DNA from: a virus
DNA length: 34,641 nucleotides
Reading direction: 5' to 3' (one strand)
IMG/VR virus record: IMGVR_UViG_3300045988_070268
The translations under genes and the position numbers were made by a program. Each line of letters starts with the position of its first letter. The stretch's first letter is position 1. Below are positions 10,007-18,580 of the stretch, piece by piece. The notes beneath the pieces are model-generated. The model searched no databases. It was not told where the DNA came from and saw only the letters and a list, made by a program, of their open reading frames with translations.

Positions 10007-10354
10007 CTAAACCCCTCTTTCCTTTGCGAAACTTAGCGTCACGTGGAAATACCCAGTGTCGCTCTCGTACATGTCGGAAGACGAACGCGAAACCTGCCAC
10101 GTCCAGCCCGCGTCCGTCAGCCTTGATTTTACCGCTTCCACCAGCGCGGTGAAGTTGCCCTTGCTGTACACGTCGAAGTCGTAGTAGGTGACGTAGCCCA
10201 GCAACGAATCATCCCCGGCATACGAGCTATCGTCGTACTCGCGGCCGAAGATGACGTAAGGCTCGCCATGCCCCTCGTACGTGAGGAACCTGACGGGAAC
10301 CTCTTTGTCGTTGACGGTGAATCCGTCGAACAGCTTGACGATTTCATCGTTCAT
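10007..10354 (-). CDS. Tail terminator-like / hypothetical tail completion protein (115 aa)
   Basis: Assigned by its position between the gp10-like protein and the major tail protein. No motif was recognised. Confidence 0.45.
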   Translation of the reverse strand: MNDEIVKLFDGFTVNDKEVPVRFLTYEGHGEPYVIFGREYDDSSYAGDDSLLGYVTYYDFDVYSKGNFTALVEAVKSRLTDAGWTWQVSRSSSDMYESDTGYFHVTLSFAKERGV

Positions 10355-10358
10355 CGGC

Positions 10359-10778
10359 TCACCCCTTCGGCAGGTACTTGTCCTGCACCTTTTTCATGGC
10401 CGATTCGATTTCGCTGCTAACGAAACTGCGGCGCATGAAAGGGTGCCGAGGGTACGGCGAGTTGCTGCGCCCGTACTCGAACAGGTTGCACACCAGCGGC
10501 GCGGGCGTTCTCGTCCCGTCCTCGTTGGTGAAGTAGCCGTAGAACGCGACCTTGGTGGCAACGCCGTCATCGGAAGGCGTCTTGTACGAGCGGGTCAGCT
10601 TCAGGCACTTCATGATGCCCGACTTCATGAAGCTCGACGGGACGTTGGCCTTGACGTTCGCCAAGACCTTCTTCGCCCCCTCGCGCGTCATCTCCTTGAG
10701 CATCGTGTCGGTGTTCTTATCAAGAAGCTCGAACTGCTCCATAAGCTCGGTCGGGAGCTGTTCGTCGAATGCTGCCAT
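10359..10778 (-). CDS. HK97 gp10-family tail component
   Basis: 139 aa, with sequence (..LANVKANVPSS..GYFTNEDG..) and position typical of the gp10 family. Confidence 0.6.
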   Translation of the reverse strand: MAAFDEQLPTELMEQFELLDKNTDTMLKEMTREGAKKVLANVKANVPSSFMKSGIMKCLKLTRSYKTPSDDGVATKVAFYGYFTNEDGTRTPAPLVCNLFEYGRSNSPYPRHPFMRRSFVSSEIESAMKKVQDKYLPKG

Positions 10779-11107
10779 CAGTGCGTCACCTCCTTCGCCT
10801 GAATCTCCAACTCGACGTTCGCGTAGTTGACGTTGTTCAGATACTGAATCTCGTAGCGCCTTCCGTCGAACAGAACGACCATATCACGGTCGATTTTCGT
10901 TTCGGGCGGGTAGCGAATCGTGAAGTTGGTCGTTGCCGCCTCGAAGCTCGTCCCGCTCTTTATGAGCGTGTAGCCGCTCGTCGTTCTCACGCTCGCGTAG
11001 GCTTCGAGAACGGGTTCGTCAACCGTGGTCGGGAAGCCCTCGGCATCGTGCGATACCTTCGGCCTGACGATTTGGATGCGGTTGCTGTACTTACCGGCGT
11101 TAATCAT
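10778..11107 (-). CDS. Head closure / head-tail joining protein (SPP1 gp16-like)
   Basis: 109 aa; MINAGKYSNRIQIVRPKVSHDAEG... resembles the Phage_H_T_join family. Its position supports the call. Confidence 0.6.
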   Translation of the reverse strand: MINAGKYSNRIQIVRPKVSHDAEGFPTTVDEPVLEAYASVRTTSGYTLIKSGTSFEAATTNFTIRYPPETKIDRDMVVLFDGRRYEIQYLNNVNYANVELEIQAKEVTH

Positions 11108-11423
11108 CTCGCACCGCCGAAGGCAGAAGGTTGACCGAGTGCATGTCGAGGATGCTCTGCACCGCCAAGTTGACGTTGGACGAATCGACGTACAGGGCGC
11201 GGTTGTCGTACATGTCTTGGGCGAGCGCGAACAGCGCGACGACGAAGTCCTCGCTCTCGTCGAGCTGAGCCGCAGTCAGGCCAGTGTACTTGCACATGTA
11301 CGCGGTCGCCGCGCCGATTATCGTCTTGAGAAAACCGTCCTCGGATGCGGTCACCTCGCCGACCCTGAGATATTCGGCAAGGTCGGTCGAAGTGACCTCC
11401 GAGACTTTCGCAATCTGGTTCAT
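11100..11423 (-). CDS. Head-tail connector (gp6-like DNA-packaging / connector protein)
   Basis: 107 aa; ..GAATAYMCKYTGLT..ALFALAQDMYDNRA.. resembles the Phage_connect_1 family. RBS GGGGGGA. Confidence 0.6.
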   Translation of the reverse strand: MNQIAKVSEVTSTDLAEYLRVGEVTASEDGFLKTIIGAATAYMCKYTGLTAAQLDESEDFVVALFALAQDMYDNRALYVDSSNVNLAVQSILDMHSVNLLPSAVRDD

Positions 11424-11433
11424 CTAATCCCCC

Positions 11434-11610
11434 CTACTCTTGGGGATTCGCGTCCCCAGACTTCTTGGCGCTCCTGCCGCGCTTGGGCTTCACCTCTTCG
11501 ATGTAGCCCGCCTTCAGCAGGTCGGCCACGATTGCGGCGTCCTCAATCTCACGCGTCTCGCCCTCGTACATCGAGATTGCGCCGCTGAAAGACTTCAGAG
11601 CCTTATGCAT
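11434..11610 (-). CDS. Small Lys-rich protein of 58 aa (MHKALKSFSGAISMYEGETREIEDAAIVADLLKAGYIEEVKPKRGRSAKKSGDANPQE)
   Basis: Not in the ORF track. Its ATG overlaps the capsid stop (ATGCATAA). It has high GC3 and ends 8 nt before the connector RBS. Confidence 0.35.
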   Translation of the reverse strand: MHKALKSFSGAISMYEGETREIEDAAIVADLLKAGYIEEVKPKRGRSAKKSGDANPQE

Positions 11611-12784
11611 TTGCCATCACCAACTTGGCGAGCTTCTGGTCGTTCTGAACCTTGGAGTCGAACTCGAACCACGAGACGACGCCGGTCGCGTGCTCGTCGG
11701 CGTACCTCTCGCGCAGAACCTGCGTGGTGATGTTCTCGGAGAACTTCGTGGCGAGTCCGGTCATGTCGCCGTAGTAGATGACGGCCTTCTCGGCGGCGAT
11801 GTTGGGCATGTTGTCGGACACGTAGACGGGCTTGCCGAGCAGCGTGGTGCCGAACGGCGAGGAAATATCGTCGTTTAGCAGGTAATGGCCGTCGGTGCCC
11901 TTCAGCAGTCGGAGCGCGGTGCGGGTCGCGGGGGACATAATCCAGATGGCGTTGTTCTGGAAGGTATCCTTGATGGAATCCTTCAGCTTCACTACCTCTT
12001 CAGAGGTGATTGCCGTTCCCGCTGCGGTGGTCACGGAGTTGGTGAGCTTGGAAAGGCCCTCGACCTTGCTCTCGGTGCCGATAAGAAGCTCGCGCTCGAT
12101 GAAGCGTGCGATGTCCTCGCCCATCTGGTTGACGACGAACGACACGATGTCGAACTGCGAGTTGTTAATCAGGGAGTTGGAAATCTTGCTCAGTGCGCCA
12201 GCGAGGAAACCGTCAAGCTCGATGTTCTTGAACTTGCCGTTGCTGGAAGTCAGCGGTTTGAATTCCTCGGCATACGCAACGGTGATGCCGCCGTCCTTGG
12301 TGTCGTAGTACGGAATCTGGAGCTTGCCCTTGACGTTGTACTTCTGCGAGCGCTGGAGCACAGGGGATACGTCGTAGACCTTCTTGATAATCTGCTGCGC
12401 GATGGTGGTCGGGATGACCGAACCGTTGTCGGTCTTGGTCAGCTCACCGGCGCGCTCGTGGATGACGCGGCCACGGATGAAGTTCTCGAAGGCACGGCGC
12501 TCCTGCTGCTCCTGAGTCGGCTTCGGCTCGCCGCCAGCGGGCGCAGGCTCCTGCTTCGGCTGCTTGTCCTTGGAATCGTCAAGCTCGTCGCTAATCTTGA
12601 GCGCCTCCTTGATTCGCTTCACATCGTCGCGAATCTCTGCCAGCTCCTCGGCTTCGTCCTCGGTCAGCTCGCGCTTGTTGACCTCGGCATCCGCGAGAAT
12701 CTTCTCGGCCTTGGTAATCTTGTCGTTCTTCAGCTCCACGAGGTTCTTGTAGCTCAGGGAGCGGGTGTGGTAAATCTTCGGCAT
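11603..12784 (-). CDS. Major capsid protein (HK97 fold) with an N-terminal delta/scaffold-like domain
   Basis: 393 aa. The N-terminus is coiled-coil and acidic (..AEELAEIRDDVKRIKEAL..), followed by capsid-like sequence. RBS GAAGGAGGG; it directly follows the protease gene. Confidence 0.85.
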   Translation of the reverse strand: MPKIYHTRSLSYKNLVELKNDKITKAEKILADAEVNKRELTEDEAEELAEIRDDVKRIKEALKISDELDDSKDKQPKQEPAPAGGEPKPTQEQQERRAFENFIRGRVIHERAGELTKTDNGSVIPTTIAQQIIKKVYDVSPVLQRSQKYNVKGKLQIPYYDTKDGGITVAYAEEFKPLTSSNGKFKNIELDGFLAGALSKISNSLINNSQFDIVSFVVNQMGEDIARFIERELLIGTESKVEGLSKLTNSVTTAAGTAITSEEVVKLKDSIKDTFQNNAIWIMSPATRTALRLLKGTDGHYLLNDDISSPFGTTLLGKPVYVSDNMPNIAAEKAVIYYGDMTGLATKFSENITTQVLRERYADEHATGVVSWFEFDSKVQNDQKLAKLVMANA

Positions 12785-12785
12785 G

Positions 12786-13418
12786 TTAGCCCTCCTTCAT
12801 CTCGGCAATCATTGCCTTGTATTTGCTGTAGTCGATTTCCTGCTGCGTTTCTTTCTTGGGTTCGCTCGGCTCTTCTCGCGTTTCAGGCTGCGGTGCTTCG
12901 CCGTCATCGTCGAAAGAATCGGAAACGAAAAGTTTCTCTTCCGAATCCTCGCTGCGTGCCATAATCAGCGTCCCATCGTACGCGGGCACCTTGGAACGGT
13001 CGAGGATTGAAACCTCTTCGAGGTCGAGGTCGTTCACCTCGCGCGTCAACATGCCGTTCTCGACCCCGTTCTTCACGTCGCGGTCGAAGAACCCGAACGA
13101 CCATCCGACTAGGTCACCGCGCTTCGCCATCTCGATAACGTCCTTGTCGGAGATGGTGCACTTTGCGCGAAGGCCGATGTTGTCCTCGGTCAGTTCGAGG
13201 TTGCCCTTCTTGGTGCTGCCGAGGTCGCGCGTCCAGTCGTGGTTGAGCAGGACGTGAACATCGTCGTTGCGCTTCAGGGCACGCGCGAACGCGCCCTTCT
13301 TGATTCGCTCGATAAACTTGCCCATGCGCGAAAGCAGCGGTTTGCTGTTCCGCTCCACGGCGTTCACGTAGCCTTCGATTTCAACCGCATCCTCGCGAAT
13401 GTTAATCTGCATTTGCAT
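12786..13418 (-). CDS. Prohead protease (HK97 family)
   Basis: MQMQINIREDAVEIEGYVN...HVLLNHDW...GS...GWSFGF; ATG at 13416..13418 with RBS AAGGGGG. The track's 36-codon extension overlaps the portal gene. Confidence 0.8.
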   Translation of the reverse strand: MQMQINIREDAVEIEGYVNAVERNSKPLLSRMGKFIERIKKGAFARALKRNDDVHVLLNHDWTRDLGSTKKGNLELTEDNIGLRAKCTISDKDVIEMAKRGDLVGWSFGFFDRDVKNGVENGMLTREVNDLDLEEVSILDRSKVPAYDGTLIMARSEDSEEKLFVSDSFDDDGEAPQPETREEPSEPKKETQQEIDYSKYKAMIAEMKEG

Positions 13419-14628
13419 CACCCCCTTGCGCCTGAAGTGCGCCGTCAGAATCCGAAATGCCCTTGGTCGAGTCCGTGTTGGGTGTGTAGACCTCGCCAGT
13501 AGACGTATCGAACAGAACGGAGCCAAGTCCGAGGTCGATGATGTCCAACCCCTGCACCTCGTTCATGTTCTCGTTTCGGCGCATCTCGTTAATCGTCATT
13601 ATGCCACATTCTTTTGCAAGCTGGTACGTCTCGTATCGCTCCTTCAGACTGGCCTTGATGATTTCGCGGCTGTCGAAAGCGAAGAAGTAATTGCGCTTCT
13701 CCTTTTCCAGCAGCAGGTCGCGGTTAAGCGCCGTCTCGAACGCCCGCACAATCGGGTAGATTGCGAACCTGTACGTCTCCTCGAAGTTCTCCTTGATGTG
13801 GAAGATGCCGTTAATCTCGTCCGCCATCGTCCGCTTGTTCTCGTCAAGCTGCATCTCGGTTGAAGTGCTCGACGCTTCTTGGAACTCAAGGCCGTTGTTG
13901 AGCACGACAACGTTTTCCTCCGTGTTGCCGTAAAGGTTCGACCATGCGCTCTTGAGCGCATCGATTTCCTCCTGCCCGAGCTTGCGTTGGCTCTTCAGGA
14001 AACCTCTCTTGTTGCCGCCCGCCTTCACAAGCCCCAACTGGTACATGAGCGTTTGATAGGCAGTCTCCAGAGCCTTCGCGACCTCGACGGTAAGGCCAAC
14101 GCCCGAAGCGCCATCCTTGGTGTTGCGGAGAATCTTGATGAACTCGAACGGCTTGTACGTGTTGGCACCGACGATGATGTCATATGACTTGTGAATCGGG
14201 TCGCTGTTGACGTTGACGCCCACGGAATCGCACGCAACGTAGAACAGGCCCGTCACGTCGTTTCGGCTGCGCTCGATGTAGCAGTACCCGCCCTTGCCCA
14301 TCAGATAATCCTCGACCATCGCCTTCTTGAGTTGGAAGCCGTCTAACGTGTCTCCCGTGTCCACGTTGAGCATCTTCGTGCGCGGGTCGCCCTCCACTTC
14401 CTCGACAACGCCCTTCTCGGTGCGGTACAGGCGCACGGGCATGCACGCGACCGCGCTCGTGATGAAGTCAACCGCGCCAGACACGGCTGGGAGCATCATG
14501 GCCTTGTCGCGGTCGATTGGCTCGTTTGCAAGCAGCGCCCTGAGCAGCACGTCGTTTACCGTGCCGTCATCGCCGATGATGTTCTCGGCGGAACGCTTGC
14601 GCTCGCGCATGTTTTTAATCCATCCCAT
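13402..14628 (-). CDS. Portal protein (HK97 family)
   Basis: MGWIKNMRERKRSAENIIGDDG... ATG at 14626..14628 has RBS AAGGGGTGA and lies 12 nt after the terL stop. The track's upstream 114 codons are Arg-rich read-through overlapping terL. Confidence 0.85.
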   Translation of the reverse strand: MGWIKNMRERKRSAENIIGDDGTVNDVLLRALLANEPIDRDKAMMLPAVSGAVDFITSAVACMPVRLYRTEKGVVEEVEGDPRTKMLNVDTGDTLDGFQLKKAMVEDYLMGKGGYCYIERSRNDVTGLFYVACDSVGVNVNSDPIHKSYDIIVGANTYKPFEFIKILRNTKDGASGVGLTVEVAKALETAYQTLMYQLGLVKAGGNKRGFLKSQRKLGQEEIDALKSAWSNLYGNTEENVVVLNNGLEFQEASSTSTEMQLDENKRTMADEINGIFHIKENFEETYRFAIYPIVRAFETALNRDLLLEKEKRNYFFAFDSREIIKASLKERYETYQLAKECGIMTINEMRRNENMNEVQGLDIIDLGLGSVLFDTSTGEVYTPNTDSTKGISDSDGALQAQGGDANAD

Positions 14629-14639
14629 CGAATCACCCC

Positions 14640-16325
14640 TTAAATTACCTGAACCGTGAAGTCGGGCATTTGCCCGAAAACCACGTCCTGTTGCAGCAAG
14701 TATACGGCGTTGATAAGCGAAACCACCATATCGACCTTGCCATTGCTTTTCTTCTTGTGCACGTACATGTTGCGGTTCGTGTCGTAGCTGCAACGCGCGT
14801 TCTGAAAGTTGATTTCCAGCAGCTTGTTGTCGGTGTACTCGAACTCGCCGCCTAAAATCTTCTCTTTCAGCAGCTTGGTCGGCGGGTGGAGCACGCTCGA
14901 ATGCTGCCGAATCTCCACCGTGTTGTACCCTGCGCCTTCCAACTTCTGCGCGGTGCTGAGCGCGTTCCATCGGTCGTAGCCGATTGCCTGAACCTGCACG
15001 CCGTACTTTTCCTCTATGCCGAGAATGAAGTCCTCGACAACGGAGTAGTCGATAACCCTGTCACCGCACGCGATGCACTTCCCGGCGCGGACGAACTCGT
15101 TGTAGTCGATTTTCTCGTAGGCGTTCTTCTCGGGAATGCGGCCTTCGGGAACGAACGCGAACACATCGGCGAGGATGTTCCCGTCATCATCGGCGGCAAC
15201 CATCGCGACGGCTGTGTTGTCGTTCGTCTCCGACAAGTCCAACCCGAGATAGACCACGCGCCCGCGCCAGTCGATGTTCGCTACCTTGCAGGCCTGCACG
15301 TCCGCAACGTCGATGAACGTCTCGGTGCCCTGTCCTTGGTAGATGATGTTGCAGTGCTTGGTGAGGAAGTTCTCGCGTGCCGATTCGACCGCGATTGCAT
15401 ACGCCCGCTTCTTCAGCAAATCCTGCCAGATTTCGGGAATCTCAATGCTGACGGGATTCGCCTGACGCATGGCCGAATCGTCCGTCATCCAGTCCTTCGT
15501 CTCGTCAGGCTCGTAGAGCAACGCGAACAGCGAATCGTCCTCGGTGATGCCGTCCAGCACCTTCTTGGCGTATGCAACCTCGTCTTCGAAAGGGTTGTCG
15601 ATGGTCGGGTACTTGGTCGAGATGATGAAGCCGAGTTTGTTCAGGATGTTGAGCTGACCCGACTTCATAGCTTCGATGGCGTAGTTGGTCGGCAGCGCCC
15701 CAACCTCGTCCGCGCAGAACGCGCTCGGAAGTCGGCCATCCATCCTCGACGTTGAATAGCTCAGGGGAACGTACGTCGAGCTTTTCGGCTTGAACGTGAT
15801 GCAGTCGCGCAGAATCTTGAAGCGCCTGTTTCCCTTGTACTCGTAGACAAGCGGGGACGAGCGCAGGGTCTGCGAGATTGCTTCCCTAATCTGCCTTGAA
15901 AGCGCCCCGTCTGGTGCCACGGAAAAGAACTCGGCGAATCGCGGCTCGGTCAGCATCAAGATGATGAAAATCGTCGCTACCGTGTACGTCTTGAAGTTCT
16001 TGCGGGCGATTTCCAGAAGGCCGATTTCGTAACGGCGCTTATCGTGGTTGTCGCGGTAGACGGTGCATAGAACGGCGATGTATAGCAACCACTGATAACC
16101 AGTCGTGCACTCGTACAACGTCTGCCCGGCCTTCAGGCCCTTCGGCATGACGAGCAGCTTCAGGATTGATTCGACCTGTTGAATCTTCGCATCGCTGACG
16201 AAGTGCTTCTCGCTCTTGCCCTCGCAGACGTCCATCCATAGGCGCATCTGCTTCTTGACGTACGCGGGCGTGGTGTCCGCGTCGATTGCGGCCTTGCAGT
16301 ATTCGTAACCCCTATTTCTCGCCAT
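14640..16325 (-). CDS. terL: Terminase large subunit
   Basis: About 560 aa, with ATPase and nuclease regions typical of HK97-like TerL. ATG at 16323..16325 overlaps the terS end. Confidence 0.9.
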   Translation of the reverse strand: MARNRGYEYCKAAIDADTTPAYVKKQMRLWMDVCEGKSEKHFVSDAKIQQVESILKLLVMPKGLKAGQTLYECTTGYQWLLYIAVLCTVYRDNHDKRRYEIGLLEIARKNFKTYTVATIFIILMLTEPRFAEFFSVAPDGALSRQIREAISQTLRSSPLVYEYKGNRRFKILRDCITFKPKSSTYVPLSYSTSRMDGRLPSAFCADEVGALPTNYAIEAMKSGQLNILNKLGFIISTKYPTIDNPFEDEVAYAKKVLDGITEDDSLFALLYEPDETKDWMTDDSAMRQANPVSIEIPEIWQDLLKKRAYAIAVESARENFLTKHCNIIYQGQGTETFIDVADVQACKVANIDWRGRVVYLGLDLSETNDNTAVAMVAADDDGNILADVFAFVPEGRIPEKNAYEKIDYNEFVRAGKCIACGDRVIDYSVVEDFILGIEEKYGVQVQAIGYDRWNALSTAQKLEGAGYNTVEIRQHSSVLHPPTKLLKEKILGGEFEYTDNKLLEINFQNARCSYDTNRNMYVHKKKSNGKVDMVVSLINAVYLLQQDVVFGQMPDFTVQVI

Positions 16326-16683
16326 CGCTGTCACCGTTGACTATCGCCATGAGCGGGTCGCAATCCGAATCGCGTCCCTCGTCCTCCTTGGCGAATCCCT
16401 TGATAATCTTCATCAGTGTCGTGACTGTGCGGTTTGCGCTGTCCGTGGTCTTGTTGTACTCCGTGACCGCTGGGTTGACGTAGATATTCGCGCGGCCCTT
16501 CACATATTCCTTCGTAACGAGCGTGCCCGTCTCGCGGATTGCCGCTTCCAGCTCCGTGAGGTTGTTGAGCTGAACCTGATACCGCTTGAACGTGGTCATA
16601 AAGAAGAAGTTGGTCTGTACGCCCGTCTCTTCGGCGATTTTCAGGATTTCCTGCGCCTGCTCGTCGAGTGTTTTCTTTGCCAT
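16312..16683 (-). CDS. terS: Terminase small subunit (P27 family)
   Basis: 123 aa; ..GRANIYVNPAVTEYNKTTDSANRTVTTLMKIIKGF.. matches the P27-family C-terminal motif. RBS GGAGGT. The adjacent HNH gene suggests cos-type packaging. Confidence 0.65.
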   Translation of the reverse strand: MAKKTLDEQAQEILKIAEETGVQTNFFFMTTFKRYQVQLNNLTELEAAIRETGTLVTKEYVKGRANIYVNPAVTEYNKTTDSANRTVTTLMKIIKGFAKEDEGRDSDCDPLMAIVNGDSDGEK

Positions 16684-16689
16684 GTTCCG

Positions 16690-17538
16690 CTACCTCCGTT
16701 TTCTGTATCTATCGCTGATAATCTTCGGCGTGCACGCGTTCCAGTTTACACGATGGTGCATTCGCCTGTGGTGCGCCCCCATCTCGGCCGCCTTCACGGC
16801 CTGCGGCGAGAATATGACGCTATAGAACGACTTGACGTACGTCCCGCTATCAAGATACATCTCCGACATGCCACCGGCTTGCGACTGCGTGCCTGCCTGG
16901 CAAATCTGCGTGTTGGTCACCGTGAAGAACAGCCCGCCCTTGTTCCCAAGGCTCGTATACGTGTTGACGTCCTCGTTGACCCTACCGACGAACCGGAACC
17001 GCCTTGGGGTCTTGCAGAAAAAGGTGTTCATTGCCTTGCGAGAAAGACCCTTATGGAAGAAATTGTTCGCACCGCCGATGAGGTCACCGCCCTGCGCAAG
17101 CGCGATGGAAAGCGCACCGCTCGAATCAAGGAACTCGATACAATCCTCGAACAGCCTATCGAGGTCTTTGCAATCGGTGTGCTTGAGCTGCGCACCGGAA
17201 ATGTACCTGAACATGAACGCGGTGTAGTCATCGTCGAGTTCGAGGAAGTATTCTAAACCCAACTTCTCGGCGAGTTCGAAGCAGACGTTGCGAGCATAGA
17301 CGATTGCTCGCCTGTCCTCCGATAGGTCTGCTGTGTCGAACTTCTTGGACTCTGCAAGTTTGTCGAACTGAATCACCTTGTCGCCGTACAGCTCTCGATA
17401 CCTGTCTGCCGTGTCATCCTCGTTGTCGATGACGATATAGAGCTTGCCGGTGTAGTTCCCCATATTCAGAGCACGAGGCGTCTTGATGTTGTCAGGCCTG
17501 CCATGCGTGAGGATGGATACTGCAAAGTCACTTCGCAT
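16690..17538 (-). CDS. GT-A fold glycosyltransferase-like protein (282 aa)
   Basis: The N-terminal strand is AVSILTHGRPD (compare VSIIIPTYNRP). It carries the motifs LYIVIDNEDDTAD and FLELDDDY (DXD), and VGRVNEDVNTYTSLG (compare GWGGEDVDLCLRL, the xED motif). RBS GGGAGGTGG. All of this was recognised by eye, without a database search. Confidence 0.5.
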   Translation of the reverse strand: MRSDFAVSILTHGRPDNIKTPRALNMGNYTGKLYIVIDNEDDTADRYRELYGDKVIQFDKLAESKKFDTADLSEDRRAIVYARNVCFELAEKLGLEYFLELDDDYTAFMFRYISGAQLKHTDCKDLDRLFEDCIEFLDSSGALSIALAQGGDLIGGANNFFHKGLSRKAMNTFFCKTPRRFRFVGRVNEDVNTYTSLGNKGGLFFTVTNTQICQAGTQSQAGGMSEMYLDSGTYVKSFYSVIFSPQAVKAAEMGAHHRRMHHRVNWNACTPKIISDRYRKRR

Positions 17539-17800
17539 TCTTGCGCCACCTCCCGCTGAGAATCTTCGGATACATGAGGGCCTTGCTCTTTCGCAGGCTG
17601 GTGCCGTCTCTGCTGACGATTATTCTCATGCTGCTCGGGTCGATTATCACGGAATAGAAGTCGCGCACGTACTGCTTGTTGTCATCGTACAAGCCGTGCA
17701 GCCCTCCTTCGTTCGTTCCGCGCTGCGGGGTGCTCTTCGTTATCGCGTAAGCTTCGAGCATGACCTGCCCAGCGTCCTTGCCGAGCAGAAGCGCGTTCAT
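17528..17800 (-). CDS. Truncated paralogue of the glycosyltransferase C-terminal domain; possible pseudogene remnant, or a 90-aa product from an internal ATG
   Basis: ..FVGILNEDMNALLLGKDAG...FYSVIIDP aligns with ..FVGRVNEDVNTYTSLGNKGG...FYSVIFSP of the 282-aa protein. The in-frame similarity continues about 45 codons upstream of the ATG (..SRKEIFKHGQDKSHLRRNINQAFVVRTDDKLK..), with no start codon there. Confidence 0.4.
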   Translation of the reverse strand: MNALLLGKDAGQVMLEAYAITKSTPQRGTNEGGLHGLYDDNKQYVRDFYSVIIDPSSMRIIVSRDGTSLRKSKALMYPKILSGRWRKNAK

Positions 17801-17878
17801 GTCCTCGTTGAGGATTCCGACGAACTTGAGCTTGTCATCCGTGCGAACGACGAACGCCTGATTGATGTTCCGGCGTAG

Positions 17879-18127
17879 GTGACTTTTGTCTTGTCCATGC
17901 TTGAAAATCTCCTTTCTCGATACATTCGAAGGCTCTATGGGGAAACTCTCGAAAGAATCCCCGATAATCGCCCTTATTGAATGATAATCGCAGTTTTAAG
18001 CCCAAAAACCGCCGTTTTCCAGAAAGGCCCAGCAGATAGAAAATTTAGTGTCCGGAGCGAGGCGGTCAGATGGCCCGCCCGTTCGGTCGCTCCGACCCCA
18101 TGGCAGGGGGGATTGTCTTCCGACAGG
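17879..18127. other. 250-bp non-coding region between the HNH endonuclease and the glycosyltransferase/terS genes; candidate cos / packaging-initiation region
   Basis: No credible ORF lies here. HNH plus P27 terS phages use cos ends located between HNH and terS. Nothing specific to a cos site was recognised in the sequence. Confidence 0.25.
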
Positions 18128-18520
18128 TTACCCTTCCGCATCTCGGCACGCAGCTCGCCTCTTCGCGGCCAGCCTGCGTAGGTATGCTTTGCCGAGCTCG
18201 CCATCGTCCGCCATCCTGTGGTGCATCCTGCATAGGCACACGAGGTTATCGTCCTCTATCAACCCGTCCGGGTCTTCCCTCAGCTTCTCGATATGGTGGA
18301 CCTCCAGCCCCTGCGCGGTGACCTTCCCTTGGTCCCTGCAGACCTCGCACATCCAGTGCGCGTCTTCCCTGACCTGTAGGCTCTTCCTCTTCCACCTTGA
18401 TGTGAAGCGCAGCCTGTCGGCTCCCGTCCTCTCGTAACGGTAGGTGGGCTTCCTCATCGGGCATGGCTCGTCGTATGCGTGCATCTTCCCGCACCTGCTG
18501 CATGCCCTGTATGCTCCCAT
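18128..18520 (-). CDS. HNH endonuclease (terminase-associated)
   Basis: ..EVHHIEKL...NLVCLCRMHH.. carries the HNH motif and zinc ligands (CxxC...CxxC). 130 aa, immediately upstream of the packaging genes. Confidence 0.8.
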   Translation of the reverse strand: MGAYRACSRCGKMHAYDEPCPMRKPTYRYERTGADRLRFTSRWKRKSLQVREDAHWMCEVCRDQGKVTAQGLEVHHIEKLREDPDGLIEDDNLVCLCRMHHRMADDGELGKAYLRRLAAKRRAACRDAEG

Positions 18521-18537
18521 GGAATCACCGCCTGTTC

Positions 18538-18571
18538 GAAAAAGTGGCCCCCGCCCCGAATGGCGAGGGCC
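18538..18571 (-). terminator. Rho-independent terminator-like hairpin downstream of the endolysin
   Basis: ggcccccgc-cccgaatg-gcgagggcc is followed on the minus strand by ACUUUUUCG. Confidence 0.5.
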
Positions 18572-18580
18572 TGCCGACGG

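Noticed and set aside
11885-12964. Long plus-strand ORFs (for example 11885..12964 at 359 aa, 14886..15755, 8013..8702, 6297..6890, 10281..10802, 579..2193) antisense to the structural genes
   Set aside because: They are Arg/Leu/Ala-rich, low-complexity translations typical of the wrong strand in 58%-GC DNA. They have no RBS and are fully overlapped by confidently recognised minus-strand genes (capsid, terminase, tape measure, Tal).
13402-14970. N-terminal extensions in the ORF track (portal +114 codons, protease +36, Tal +12, 29468..29911, 28153..28539, 20744..20962, 24341..24706, 23983..24309, 22902..23546)
   Set aside because: The extensions are Arg-rich or low-complexity, overlap the upstream gene, and lack an RBS. 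In each case an internal ATG or GTG with a clear Shine-Dalgarno sequence immediately follows the upstream stop codon.
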